Positions 20,024 through 29,942 of a stretch of DNA of 64,000 nucleotides are shown here, in pieces. The notes beneath the pieces were generated by a model. That model worked only from the letters and a program-made list of their open reading frames with translations, was not told the origin of the DNA and searched no databases. Both the position numbers and the translations under genes were made by a program. The stretch covers positions 206 to 64,205 of the forward strand of contig JALZUS010000012.1 in NCBI GenBank assembly GCA_023299885.1, written 5' to 3'. The stretch comes from Bdellovibrionales bacterium. Lineage in GTDB: Bacteria; Bdellovibrionota; Bdellovibrionia; Bdellovibrionales; UBA1609. Position 1 is the stretch's first letter, and the number at the start of each line of letters is the position of its first letter.

Positions 20024-20277
20024 TAGTTCCTCCTTAGAGCTATTTATTTAAAGGAGCCTGCCATTATCAACAAACTACTCCGCAATGTCCAAAAGAGAGA
20101 GTCATAATAAATGATATCTAAACTAGTAAGAACAAAAACAAGTATTAGTTAACACAAGCACTGCCATTAACATAGGCTTTTATATCTTATTGGCTTATTT
20201 ACAGGCTATAACCCCTATTTTAGACCTGACGCTATTCAAGCGCTTAACTACAACCTCAAACAAAGATATAAAGATTT

Positions 20278-20736
20278 GTGACTACAATGGATTCAATATT
20301 AATTGCACAGAACAAATTTGCTCGAGGGCTTATTGGTATTGGAAAACTTGCTAGTGAACGTCAAAAAGCTATGGAAATGGCTCACAAAACCATTGGCGAG
20401 CTCTATGAATATGATGAAGCCTCAGCCCTCTTTAAACCGACAAAAGCCAAACTAAAACCTTTTCGTAACACATTTGAAGGCACACTCTCTTATTTTTCTG
20501 GAGGACACAAAGACTTCCCTGAAGACAAAGGTTTTGCCCTTGAGCCTTGGGTTGATATTCAGTTTAAAAACCATGGTTTTGTTTTTAATGAAGCCTCTGC
20601 TCTAGCTATGGGACACTACAAGTTTATAAGTGCAAAGGGCCATACTATAACTGCTGAATTCTCTTTTACTTATCGCAAAAACTCTCAAGGCCTCTTAAAA
20701 ATTATCATGCACCACTCATCATTACCTTTTAATTAA
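20278..20736 (+). CDS. hypothetical protein, possibly NTF2/SnoaL-like fold
   Basis: Pattern recognition only (…FKNHGFVF…AMGHYKF…LKIIMHHSS). GTG start, with an alternative ATG at 20287. Confidence 0.35.
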   Translation: MTTMDSILIAQNKFARGLIGIGKLASERQKAMEMAHKTIGELYEYDEASALFKPTKAKLKPFRNTFEGTLSYFSGGHKDFPEDKGFALEPWVDIQFKNHGFVFNEASALAMGHYKFISAKGHTITAEFSFTYRKNSQGLLKIIMHHSSLPFN

Positions 20737-20859
20737 ATTGCAGTTTCACACTTAAAAACCAGATTACTTCCCTTTAAATAGTCTTTGGTACTGTGAACTA
20801 AATCATTAAATTATTAATAAACTTAATGATTTCAGTATCTTATCATTTTGATACACCTA

Positions 20860-20883
20860 TTCATGAGTTCTTGAACTCATGAA
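20860..20883. promoter_or_regulatory. perfect 11-2-11 palindrome, operator candidate for the photolyase-cluster operon
   Basis: TTCATGAGTTC-TT-GAACTCATGAA, 23 nt upstream of the ATG at 20906. A second inverted repeat, AAATCATTAA/TTAATGATTT, lies at 20800..20832. Confidence 0.45.
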
Positions 20884-20905
20884 CTATTTATGATAGTTTA
20901 ACCTC

Positions 20906-21322
20906 ATGTACAGCATACTATTAAAAACACATTTCTTAAGCGGCCTTTTCATGGCTGGTGTAATCTGGACAATCCAACTAGTTCACTACCCAAGCTTTAA
21001 TTTTGTCTCTCTAGAAAATTTCTCTGCTTTTGAAAAATTCCATGCTTTCAGAATTTCATTAGTTGTTATCCCTGCCATGCTATTAGAGCTAATAACCGCC
21101 ATAGCTCTTGTTTACTACTTCAAAGAAAAATCAAACTTAATAACTATTAACCTAGCTATTGTCTTGGCAATTTGGGCTGTTACTTTTTTCATAAGCTCAC
21201 CAGCCCACGGAAGGCTTTTAAGCGGCTTTAATGCTGAAACTATTAATTTTTTAATATCAACCAACTGGATAAGAACAGCACTATGGACTATCAAAGGCGC
21301 GCTTATCTTTTACTTAATTTAA
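20906..21322 (+). CDS. small integral membrane protein (4 TM), unknown function
   Basis: Hydrophobicity pattern. First gene of the operon that contains the regulator and the photolyase-related gene. Confidence 0.5.
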   Translation: MYSILLKTHFLSGLFMAGVIWTIQLVHYPSFNFVSLENFSAFEKFHAFRISLVVIPAMLLELITAIALVYYFKEKSNLITINLAIVLAIWAVTFFISSPAHGRLLSGFNAETINFLISTNWIRTALWTIKGALIFYLI

Positions 21323-21333
21323 AGGAGCTTTCT

Positions 21334-21972
21334 ATGAAAATGGCACCCTATATATTGCCCGGAGAGAGAATGTTTAACGACCACGAAGTTAACTACGCGG
21401 AACTACGCCAGTACGAAGAGTCTGCACAAGAAGAGCCTACGCCTATAAAGGCTCAAAACGCTGAGCCATCTATTAGCCCACAAATAACTGAGGTAGCCAA
21501 AAAGATTGGCGAGTTTATTGATTACTGGGGCTTTAAAAAAATACATGGGAGAATATGGACTCTTATGTTTTTAGCCGAAGAGCCTGTTGATGCTAATTAC
21601 CTCATAAAAAGCTTAGGAGTCTCTAAAGCACTTATCAGCATGTCTTTAAAAGAGCTTATTCGATATAAGGTTGTTTTCCCTATAAAGGAAAAACGCTCTA
21701 CGCAGCATTATATTGCTAACCCAGACGTTATTGAAGCTGTGACTGAAGTTCTCATTAACCGAGAAGCTAAAATGTTACTAGATATCCGAACAGCCTGTGA
21801 ATTATTAAGCCGCGTTGATAGAAGCCAACTAGGCCATAACGCTTCAGAGGCGCGAGTTAAAGGACTATTAGGACTTGTTAAAAAGGCTGACAATCTTTTA
21901 AAAGCCTTTATAAAATTTAAGAGCATTAACTTAACTGACATCAGAAAAGCGCTCACATTTAGAAGGGCTTAA
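21334..21972 (+). CDS. GbsR/MarR-type winged-helix transcriptional regulator
   Basis: IDYWGFKKIHGRIWTLMFL...YLIKSLGVSKALISMSLKEL is typical of the GbsR family. ATG 21334 follows AAAGGAG, and the track start at 21283 is less likely. Confidence 0.6.
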   Translation: MKMAPYILPGERMFNDHEVNYAELRQYEESAQEEPTPIKAQNAEPSISPQITEVAKKIGEFIDYWGFKKIHGRIWTLMFLAEEPVDANYLIKSLGVSKALISMSLKELIRYKVVFPIKEKRSTQHYIANPDVIEAVTEVLINREAKMLLDIRTACELLSRVDRSQLGHNASEARVKGLLGLVKKADNLLKAFIKFKSINLTDIRKALTFRRA

Positions 21973-21977
21973 TTCCT

Positions 21978-23468
21978 GTGTCTGAATCAATTTTTATTAT
22001 TCTTGGGAACCAGCTGTTTCCCAAGTCATTCATTAATAAGTATAAAAAAAGTCACCAATTTTACATGGCAGAAGATTATGGGCTGTGCACTTACACAAAA
22101 CATCACAAACAAAAAATAACTTTATTTTTGTCTGCAATGCGTAGTTATGCTGATAGCTTACAAAATGATAATTTTAACTTATTCTATAAAAAAATTGATA
22201 ATAAGCATAATTCTTCCTACTTTGATAACTTGAAAAATAAATTTAAAAATATTGAAGAAATAAGTTGCTTTGAAATTGAAGATAAATTTTTTGAATCTCA
22301 ACTAGAAGAATTTTGTAGTAAAAATAGTATAAAAATAAATTGGATTACATCGCCGATGTTTTTGTCTGACAGGACAAGCTTTAAAGCTTATTTAAGTAAA
22401 CGCAAAAAACCATTCATGAAAACCTTTTATGAGCAGCAACGAAAGTTGAATAATATTTTACTTGAAGAAGACGGAAGCCCTCTCGGTGGCAAATGGAGCT
22501 ACGATACAGAAAACAGAAAGAAGCTTCCAAAAAATATAGAGATTAATAAGAAAAAAGAGTTTAAACCTACTCAGCACACTCTAGATGTATGTATAATCGT
22601 GGAGCGCTTGTTCACAGACCACCCTGGAAATGCAAAAGAACTCTATTTCCCGACTGAACGTTCTGATTATTTAAAAATCCTAAATAATTTTTTAAAAAAT
22701 GACTTACAGCTTTATGGTAAATACCAGGATGCAATTACCAACAGAGATCCATTCTTATTCCACTCACTTATCAGTCCAGGCCTTAACTTAGGACTTATTA
22801 CTCCAAAAGAGGTTATATATAAGACCTTAAAGTACTATGACAACAATCCAGAAACCCCACTAAGCGCCGTAGAAGGATTTATTAGACAAATTATTGGCTG
22901 GAGAGAGTTCTTAAGAGGCATCTACCAAAATTACAGCGAAGAGCAAGAAACAAGAAATTTTTGGAATCATAAAAGAAAAATGAAAGACTCTTGGTATAAA
23001 GGTGAGACCGGCATACCCCCAGTAGATGATGCTATTAAAAAAGCAATAAAATACGGCTACAATCATCACATAGAAAGACTGATGGTTTTAAGTAGTATTA
23101 TGCTTCTCTGTGAAATCAATCCAAATAAAGTACATGATTGGTTTATGGAAATGTACGTTGATAGCTCAGACTGGGTAATGGGCCCTAATGTTTACGGAAT
23201 GGGTCAGTTTAGCGATGGAGGCATCTTTGCCACAAAACCTTATATTTGTGGATCAAATTATCTTATCAAAATGAGCGATTACAAAAAAGCAGACTGGTGT
23301 GATGCTGTTGATGGGCTCTATTGGAGGTTTATAGACAAACATAAAGCCTTTTTTAGTAAAAACCCAAGAATGAAAATGATGATGTCTGCACTAGATAGGA
23401 TGGACCCAGATAAAAAGGATAGGATTTTTAAAGCAGCAAATCATTTTATAAAGGAGCACACATGCTAA
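21978..23468 (+). CDS. cryptochrome/photolyase-family protein (COG3046 photolyase-related type)
   Basis: GWREFLRGIY, GYNHHIERLM and KPYICGSNYLIKMSDY segments are characteristic of the CryB/PhrB-related clade. GTG start. Confidence 0.75.
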   Translation: MSESIFIILGNQLFPKSFINKYKKSHQFYMAEDYGLCTYTKHHKQKITLFLSAMRSYADSLQNDNFNLFYKKIDNKHNSSYFDNLKNKFKNIEEISCFEIEDKFFESQLEEFCSKNSIKINWITSPMFLSDRTSFKAYLSKRKKPFMKTFYEQQRKLNNILLEEDGSPLGGKWSYDTENRKKLPKNIEINKKKEFKPTQHTLDVCIIVERLFTDHPGNAKELYFPTERSDYLKILNNFLKNDLQLYGKYQDAITNRDPFLFHSLISPGLNLGLITPKEVIYKTLKYYDNNPETPLSAVEGFIRQIIGWREFLRGIYQNYSEEQETRNFWNHKRKMKDSWYKGETGIPPVDDAIKKAIKYGYNHHIERLMVLSSIMLLCEINPNKVHDWFMEMYVDSSDWVMGPNVYGMGQFSDGGIFATKPYICGSNYLIKMSDYKKADWCDAVDGLYWRFIDKHKAFFSKNPRMKMMMSALDRMDPDKKDRIFKAANHFIKEHTC

Positions 23469-24211
23469 AGACTGCAGCCCTTTTTGGCGCTACACAGGGG
23501 ATTGGATTAGCTATTGCTGAAGAGCTCCTCATAAAAAATCACAAGGTTTATGTAAGCTACCGACAAACAAGCGATTTAAGCCCACTAGCAAAACTTGCTG
23601 AAAAATTTCCTGATCAACTGACAATACTTCCACTAGAAATTGAAAATGAAAATGACTATCGAGTTTTTTTTGAAGAGATATCTAAACGTAACAAGAAAAT
23701 AGACTACTGTATTAATTGCATAGGCTTATTATCAAAAAATTCCATTCAACCTGAAAGAAAAATTGAAGATATAAACCTACCATCACTGCTTCACCTTTTC
23801 ATGGTTAACACTTCGCCCACACTATTGATTGCAAAATATTTGAAGCCATTTGTTAGATCCACAAAGTCCACAGTCTTTTGCACATTATCAGCCAAAGTTG
23901 GAAGTATTAGCGATAACAAAATGGGCGGCTGGTACTCTTATAGAGTTTCAAAAGCGGCCCTAAATATGGCTATAAAAAATATTTCTTTAGAATTTTCAAG
24001 AATAAATAAAAATAGCATAACAATAGCTATACACCCTGGTACGACAGAAACTGAACTCTCTAAGCCCTTTATGGAACAGGCTAAGAAAAGATACAAAATA
24101 CATTCAGCTAAAGAAAGTGCTAAAAATATAATTTCAGTTTTAGAGTCGACCAGTCCAGAAATTTCTAATGGTGAATTCTATTCTTGGGATGGCACACAAA
24201 TACCCTGGTAA
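23462..24211 (+). CDS. SDR-family oxidoreductase
   Basis: FGATQGIG cofactor motif and YRVSK (YxxxK). Overlaps the upstream gene by 7 nt. Confidence 0.75.
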   Translation: MLKTAALFGATQGIGLAIAEELLIKNHKVYVSYRQTSDLSPLAKLAEKFPDQLTILPLEIENENDYRVFFEEISKRNKKIDYCINCIGLLSKNSIQPERKIEDINLPSLLHLFMVNTSPTLLIAKYLKPFVRSTKSTVFCTLSAKVGSISDNKMGGWYSYRVSKAALNMAIKNISLEFSRINKNSITIAIHPGTTETELSKPFMEQAKKRYKIHSAKESAKNIISVLESTSPEISNGEFYSWDGTQIPW

Positions 24212-25420
24212 CTATAAAAATTTATTTCTATAGCTTCTGTCTGCATCATACATAGAAGCTTGTCTTTCAACATTAAACTTTCTATCCCTAGGGTCTACAC
24301 TCACGCCAGCCAAGTAAGCCCAATTACCCCAATTGCTTTCAACATCATAATCTATTAGGTGCTTTTCAAACCAACCTGCACCCCATGTCCAGTCTACATT
24401 AAGAGTTTTTGCTAGATAACTAGCTACGTTTTGCCTTCCACGGTTGGACATCCATCCAGAGCTCGATAGCTCTTTCATATTTGCATTTACAAAGTCATTT
24501 TCTGTCTCACCATTACACCAATCCTTAAATAGACTGTCTTGCGAAGAAGAAAACGATAGTTGTTTTTTTTGAGCACCTGAAATTTCAAATAGTTGCTTAT
24601 CTTGAGAGACACTTAGAAGCTTAAAGTAATCACGCCATAAAATCTCAAAATACAGCCAATAAGTTGATTCGTTGGAACAAATTTTTGATTCATATTTTTG
24701 AAGCTCACTATCGATTCTCCTAGCACTAATGCAACCTAGAGACAGCCACGGAGATAGCTTGGAAGAATCATCAAAATTAATCATACCATTTCGAGTGAGC
24801 TTATAAGAATCTACATGACGACTTTCCCACAAATAATAATCAAGTCTTTGTCTTCCAGAACTTTCACCCCCAATAAATTGGGCGTTCATGCTTTCTATTT
24901 CATTGCCTACCCGCCAAGCACTAAAAGTTTTTAAATTCATATCTTTATTTTTTGGCCAAAACTTAACTTCTCTATTTTGATGCGTACGCCTCTCACTCTT
25001 TTCTATTAATTTCCTGTACTTAGTAAACGTTTTTGGAGTTTCATTAAGACTAAAAGGATACTCATCAAACAATAGATTCTGCTCAACAGGATAAACTCTG
25101 TATTTATTTTTAATTTTATTTTCAATATTTTTTTGCTTATAATTATATGATTTTGTATAAAAAACACAGTTGATATCATTATTAACAGGGATCTCGTCAC
25201 AGCTGCTAGCAACATAAAGCTCTAATTTTTTTTTATTAAGAGAGGCCTCTAGTGCTCCTAATGATTCTAATAAAAAATTTCTTCTGTAAACCCCTAAACT
25301 AAAAAAATCTTTAGGGAAAATATAAACAACACAAAGCTCGCTTGAATTCTCACACGCTTGCATTAGAGCCGCATTATCTTCAACTCTTAAATCATTAGTT
25401 AGCCAATAAATATTATACAT
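24212..25420 (-). CDS. DASH-type cryptochrome / photolyase family protein
   Basis: SGWMSNRGRQNVASYL and WGNWAYLAGV FAD-binding-domain signatures. Confidence 0.8.
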   Translation of the reverse strand: MYNIYWLTNDLRVEDNAALMQACENSSELCVVYIFPKDFFSLGVYRRNFLLESLGALEASLNKKKLELYVASSCDEIPVNNDINCVFYTKSYNYKQKNIENKIKNKYRVYPVEQNLLFDEYPFSLNETPKTFTKYRKLIEKSERRTHQNREVKFWPKNKDMNLKTFSAWRVGNEIESMNAQFIGGESSGRQRLDYYLWESRHVDSYKLTRNGMINFDDSSKLSPWLSLGCISARRIDSELQKYESKICSNESTYWLYFEILWRDYFKLLSVSQDKQLFEISGAQKKQLSFSSSQDSLFKDWCNGETENDFVNANMKELSSSGWMSNRGRQNVASYLAKTLNVDWTWGAGWFEKHLIDYDVESNWGNWAYLAGVSVDPRDRKFNVERQASMYDADRSYRNKFL

Positions 25421-25514
25421 TAAAAAATTTGCCTAGAGTTTTTATCATGTTTTACATACTACCTTCTTAATTATCAGACTCAAAGCTGTATGCAGATTAG
25501 GTTTAATTCTTTTT

Positions 25515-25546
25515 GAATAAAAAACCAAGCCTTTTCAGACTTGGCC
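25515..25546 (-). terminator. rho-independent terminator of the metalloprotease operon
   Basis: Minus strand reads CCAAGTC-TGAAAA-GGCTTGG followed by TTTTTATT. Confidence 0.55.
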
Positions 25547-25579
25547 ACATGATACTACCTAATGCGAATTTAAATAATA

Positions 25580-28500
25580 TTAGAAGTTAATAACAGACCC
25601 CGGGTCAAGATTGATTCTCCCCTGCTCCCTCGCAAAAGCACCCAACAGCTCATCAATACTGGCTGCTTTTGAAGCCTCCCCTGCAGCATGCAAAGCCCTT
25701 AACAACGAAAAGTACTCTGACTCTACCTTAAGACGGTCGTTTAAAAACTTAAGTAATGTTTCTTTACCTAATGCTTTTATTTCAGATAAATCTTTTTCAG
25801 ACCCAGTAGCATCATCATCTGCGCCCTCGTCACCAGCACTATCATCTTCAGTGCTACCTGCCTCTTCAGCCTCAAGCTCTAGGTATGCGGCAATAATATC
25901 TTCTCTAGATTGTGCAGATAATAGCTTAACAGCCCTGGAAGACTTTGCGATCTCCGCACCTATCTCCGAAGTCTTCCTAATATAAAAAGATTCTCCCAAA
26001 CCATTATTAGCTACCACATAGTCCTCTTTATTTTCTGAAGACTCCAATGCACTTTTAACTTCTAGTGAGAGTATAATCTCTCTTACCTCTTCGTCATTTA
26101 CATTATTAGGAAGGGAGTCCATAACTAATTCTGAAAACTCTTTTACAAAAGTAGTCTTTGAGTCAGGTGTCCCCAAAAATAGTCTTGCACCAAATGACAT
26201 AGATGGAAGGATTTCATGATTAGCCTGCATTGAATAAGGAATCTCTGCACTAAAAGACCCTAATGGGCCTGCAAATAGAACAGGAGCTTCTAAATCATCG
26301 ATAATCACATCTTTAATTAATGACGTAAGAACAGGCCTTAACTCTTTAACATAAAGGTAATTTTGATCATATTTATCAAACAATAAACTCCCAAGCTCTC
26401 TTTTGAATAGAAACTGAGAAGCTAATAATTTATCTATCCATACCCCACGCACATCAATTTGGTCAGCAAATGAGTTTGTACTGTAGGGTGACTTTTTAGA
26501 TTGAAACGGCACTCCACCTTCAGCCACAACAGTATAACCTGCAGCCAACTGAATATTTGGAGCATCAAAGCATGAAGTTGCATTGATTGTTAACTGATCA
26601 ATAGGCAAAACAGCAACAATTTGCTGAGGATCAGTCTCCTGAGCAATTGCACACATTGTATCTGGAGTCTTAATAACATTTACCATAAACTGCGCGCCAA
26701 TAAGCATGGACTCCTTAAGCTCTGCTAAGAATTCATTTTCTACCCATGCAACATTATCATCATCCAAGCTGTATTGGTTTTTAACACGCTCATAAAGTTC
26801 GTAAAATAACCTTAAGTTATTCATTGTCCCATGAATTCTTGCAACATGAGAGAAATCATCAAATAAAGAAAAACTTCTTCTATTATTTCTTAAGTGTGTT
26901 CTAGGGTAAAGCTCATAGTAAGAGTCTACCAAATGCTCCGCCACCTCTTTTAAGTTTGTACCTTCATCAAAACGATTACATGTTGGGTTAGCCCCTACCA
27001 TTTCATCTGTACAAAACTGATATGCTTTTACTTCGAGACTAGAGTCGGCTCTATACTTATCTAAAGAAACCATACCTCCATCAGCAAGCTCAACTTCTTC
27101 TGCATAAGCAAAACGAAGCGCTGCTACATCATACTTAGCCATACCCGGCAGCTCATTAGTAACCCTATAAGTATAATCCATAACAGAACTATAGGGGAAA
27201 GAACCTGGCTCCATACCTGCCTCTTCAAATTCTTCAGCAGTATAGAAGTTATCTTTATCCTCTGAGCCGGCAAAATTATGTCTCAAGCCAAGGTTGTGTC
27301 CAATTTCATGAACTAAAACCGGAACCCAAACATAGGGCAATAAATCAGAAAGAATTTTTCTTTTTTCTTTTTTTGTTAATGAAGCCCAAGGCTTTAAACC
27401 AATTTCATCAATTGACTCTTTTACTTTTTCTTTAAGTGCTCCATGAAAGTTAAACATTTCACCTGGCATCGCATTATGCTTAGATAAAATTCTTATTCTA
27501 TCTTCCATACGGCTGCTTAATGAAGTTAAGTTCGTCACCTTAGACTTTATATTTTCTAAAGTTGGAGTGCCCACAATAGGCCCATGATCAATATGACTAT
27601 GCCCTGCATGCGGCGACCCTTCATGGCCTTCACTGCTTTCATGCATAATCTCAGCAACTTGTGATTTTATAAGGCTAGATACACTTTTAATACTAGTATC
27701 TACTTTTGCTGTAGCAGTGTCTGCTGATGGCCCCACAGCGTCCAGTCCTTCTTCTAAGGCAGCCCCTTCAGCCTGAACCTGAGCAATAATTTCATCATAG
27801 GCTCTTTTAGTAAACTTTTTTAAAGTCCCCAAATACATTACTGTTTTAGCCTGTACAATCTCACCTGTTAAAGGATTTGCTACACTTGGGCCATAACCGA
27901 TAATGCCACTCGCTACCGGATCTTCGACCATAACAATCATACTATGCCTAATGTCACCAGACTCTACACCCTCCTTAGGCTCATTAAGGTTAACTCTTAA
28001 CTCTGCACCTGCAGCCTTCAAGGATTGATTGATATTTTCAACCACTTTATAAGTTGCTTTCTTAATTTTTTGGTACTCAGGCTTATTAAAAGAGTCATTA
28101 AGATAATACTCAATAGTTGTATTTGGTGCCCACCTATTAAGGTAAAAACTCTCCGAACCTTCAGTATCGGTATTATCTTCATCAAGCTCATGTTGCCTTG
28201 TTGTAAAGTAACCAAAAGTAGTTTCTTCTGCTCTCGAGTATTTAAAGGGCTCATAACCGTCGGTGGTAAGGTCTTCTAACTTTACAAAAGAGTAACGGTA
28301 TTCAACATCAAAGCTCACATCGCTCAAACTCTCAATGCCATTCAAACAGCTACCGCTCGCCTTAAAGGATTTACTCACTTTAACATCTAAACCCTTGTCA
28401 GAGAAATCATAGCTTTTTAATGAAGAACCTTTTTCGCTATAACAGCCACCAAACAACTGATTAATATCAATAGGTAAAACGTTAGCTTCTGTACGATCTA

Positions 28501-28933
28501 TACCTTCAAAATTGGGAATAAAATATTTTTTAGCATCCCATTTTACTTGGGTGTTTTCCTCTTCCCTATTAGTACAGTCACCATAAGAATCTTTAGAGCA
28601 CCTATAAGCCTTATGCTTAACAGGTATTCTCATGACAGGACTACCATTGGTTTCGTTCTCCTCAAAGCGCCCATCTTTTTCAACTTCAATAACCTCTAAG
28701 TTATCTTCTGTAAATTTAAACTTAACAAGCTTAGCCTCACCCTGCCAATGTGGTCTGGTCGCTACCGAAGTCCTTGGCGCATCAACAACGTTAGGCACAT
28801 AAAGATATAAACTTTCAGTATCCACAGAGGATTTCTCTACATGATTTTCTTTAAGTAGACTTACTTTTTCTTTTTCATCAGCGCATCCCACAAGCACTGA
28901 CACTATAAGCAATACTATTGCTAACTTTTTCAT
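25580..28933 (-). CDS. large zinc metalloprotease lipoprotein (met-zincin)
   Basis: HEIGHNLGLRHNF (HExxHxxGxxH). Lipobox LVGCAD. 1117 aa with an acidic low-complexity C-terminal patch. Confidence 0.85.
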   Translation of the reverse strand: MKKLAIVLLIVSVLVGCADEKEKVSLLKENHVEKSSVDTESLYLYVPNVVDAPRTSVATRPHWQGEAKLVKFKFTEDNLEVIEVEKDGRFEENETNGSPVMRIPVKHKAYRCSKDSYGDCTNREEENTQVKWDAKKYFIPNFEGIDRTEANVLPIDINQLFGGCYSEKGSSLKSYDFSDKGLDVKVSKSFKASGSCLNGIESLSDVSFDVEYRYSFVKLEDLTTDGYEPFKYSRAEETTFGYFTTRQHELDEDNTDTEGSESFYLNRWAPNTTIEYYLNDSFNKPEYQKIKKATYKVVENINQSLKAAGAELRVNLNEPKEGVESGDIRHSMIVMVEDPVASGIIGYGPSVANPLTGEIVQAKTVMYLGTLKKFTKRAYDEIIAQVQAEGAALEEGLDAVGPSADTATAKVDTSIKSVSSLIKSQVAEIMHESSEGHEGSPHAGHSHIDHGPIVGTPTLENIKSKVTNLTSLSSRMEDRIRILSKHNAMPGEMFNFHGALKEKVKESIDEIGLKPWASLTKKEKRKILSDLLPYVWVPVLVHEIGHNLGLRHNFAGSEDKDNFYTAEEFEEAGMEPGSFPYSSVMDYTYRVTNELPGMAKYDVAALRFAYAEEVELADGGMVSLDKYRADSSLEVKAYQFCTDEMVGANPTCNRFDEGTNLKEVAEHLVDSYYELYPRTHLRNNRRSFSLFDDFSHVARIHGTMNNLRLFYELYERVKNQYSLDDDNVAWVENEFLAELKESMLIGAQFMVNVIKTPDTMCAIAQETDPQQIVAVLPIDQLTINATSCFDAPNIQLAAGYTVVAEGGVPFQSKKSPYSTNSFADQIDVRGVWIDKLLASQFLFKRELGSLLFDKYDQNYLYVKELRPVLTSLIKDVIIDDLEAPVLFAGPLGSFSAEIPYSMQANHEILPSMSFGARLFLGTPDSKTTFVKEFSELVMDSLPNNVNDEEVREIILSLEVKSALESSENKEDYVVANNGLGESFYIRKTSEIGAEIAKSSRAVKLLSAQSREDIIAAYLELEAEEAGSTEDDSAGDEGADDDATGSEKDLSEIKALGKETLLKFLNDRLKVESEYFSLLRALHAAGEASKAASIDELLGAFAREQGRINLDPGSVINF

Positions 28934-28949
28934 AATTAACCCCTTTTAA

Positions 28950-29771
28950 TTAATTTGTAATACTTAAACCCGCATAAATTGACGAAGTGTTTTTATTGAA
29001 AATACTTGGAGCCGATAAACTTCCCCTTTTATTCAATAAGCTATCTCCATTAACTATCCCCAATCTGGCAGAAAATCTCTTATTTACCGAATAATTTAAA
29101 CTATGAGAATTAACAAAACTGTTACTCACTCTTTCATTAAAATTAAGAGAGCTTAAATAAGAAATACTATGACCCACAGAAAGCTTAGAAGTTAACTTAT
29201 AACCCATAGATAAGCCGATAGTGCTCTGCCATGAGCTATTACTCCCTCCGTAGCGATCTATCTTAAATTTATATAAATTTTTCTTTAGACTCAGTGAAGC
29301 CGAAGTTGAAATACCCCTATTCAGTAAATTTGAAGAAAGAGTTTTTAAGGCTGCTACTTTAATAGCCCCATTATAACTTGTTTCATCTTTTGAAAACTGA
29401 CTTGTTGGGAAATAGGCTATTACTAAGGGCTCTATCAAATAATCTTTAAGGACTAAAGACAAAGATGCATTACCTAAATCACTCTTCTCTCTATTTGTTT
29501 GCGCGCTAAAACTCCAAGGCAAAGTAGCACTTACAGTGCCGAAACCCAATCCCTTACTAGCTGTTATTGCTTGAGATAAAGTATAAGCCTTATCACTGGA
29601 GTTAGTCTTTTTAAAATCTGTCTCTATATCACTTGAAAAGCTTAAGCTTATTTTTTCCACTTCTCTCGAGCTTTGATCTGCTTTTTTAAATGATGTTTTT
29701 ACTGAATTTGTTGCCGCAAAACAATTTATATTAAAAAGAAATAATGTACTTATCAGTATTACAATCTTCAT
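28950..29771 (-). CDS. signal-peptide protein, possibly an outer-membrane beta-barrel
   Basis: N-terminal signal peptide and Ser/Leu-rich alternating strands. 16 nt upstream of the metalloprotease gene. Confidence 0.4.
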   Translation of the reverse strand: MKIVILISTLFLFNINCFAATNSVKTSFKKADQSSREVEKISLSFSSDIETDFKKTNSSDKAYTLSQAITASKGLGFGTVSATLPWSFSAQTNREKSDLGNASLSLVLKDYLIEPLVIAYFPTSQFSKDETSYNGAIKVAALKTLSSNLLNRGISTSASLSLKKNLYKFKIDRYGGSNSSWQSTIGLSMGYKLTSKLSVGHSISYLSSLNFNERVSNSFVNSHSLNYSVNKRFSARLGIVNGDSLLNKRGSLSAPSIFNKNTSSIYAGLSITN

Positions 29772-29812
29772 GACACTCCCATGGAGCCAAATTGACTCCT
29801 CGACCTTTAATA

Positions 29813-29828
29813 AGCAAGGTTAATGCCA
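29813..29828 (-). promoter_or_regulatory. sigma-54-type -24/-12 promoter
   Basis: Minus strand reads TGGCATtaaccTTGCT (GG-N10-GC). Its -12 end is 42 nt upstream of the ATG at 29771. Confidence 0.6.
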
Positions 29829-29942
29829 ACACGTTATATTACACCTAAGGCGCTATATATTAGATTTGAGTGTTTTTAAATAAATTATTTTTATGGCGTT
29901 GGTGACTAAATGGCCCTGTTTTTTTTAGGCATGCGTTGTCAT

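Noticed and set aside
25611-25985. 124-aa + strand ORF
   Set aside because: It is antisense to the acidic C-terminal region of the metalloprotease, and its product is S/A-rich low complexity.
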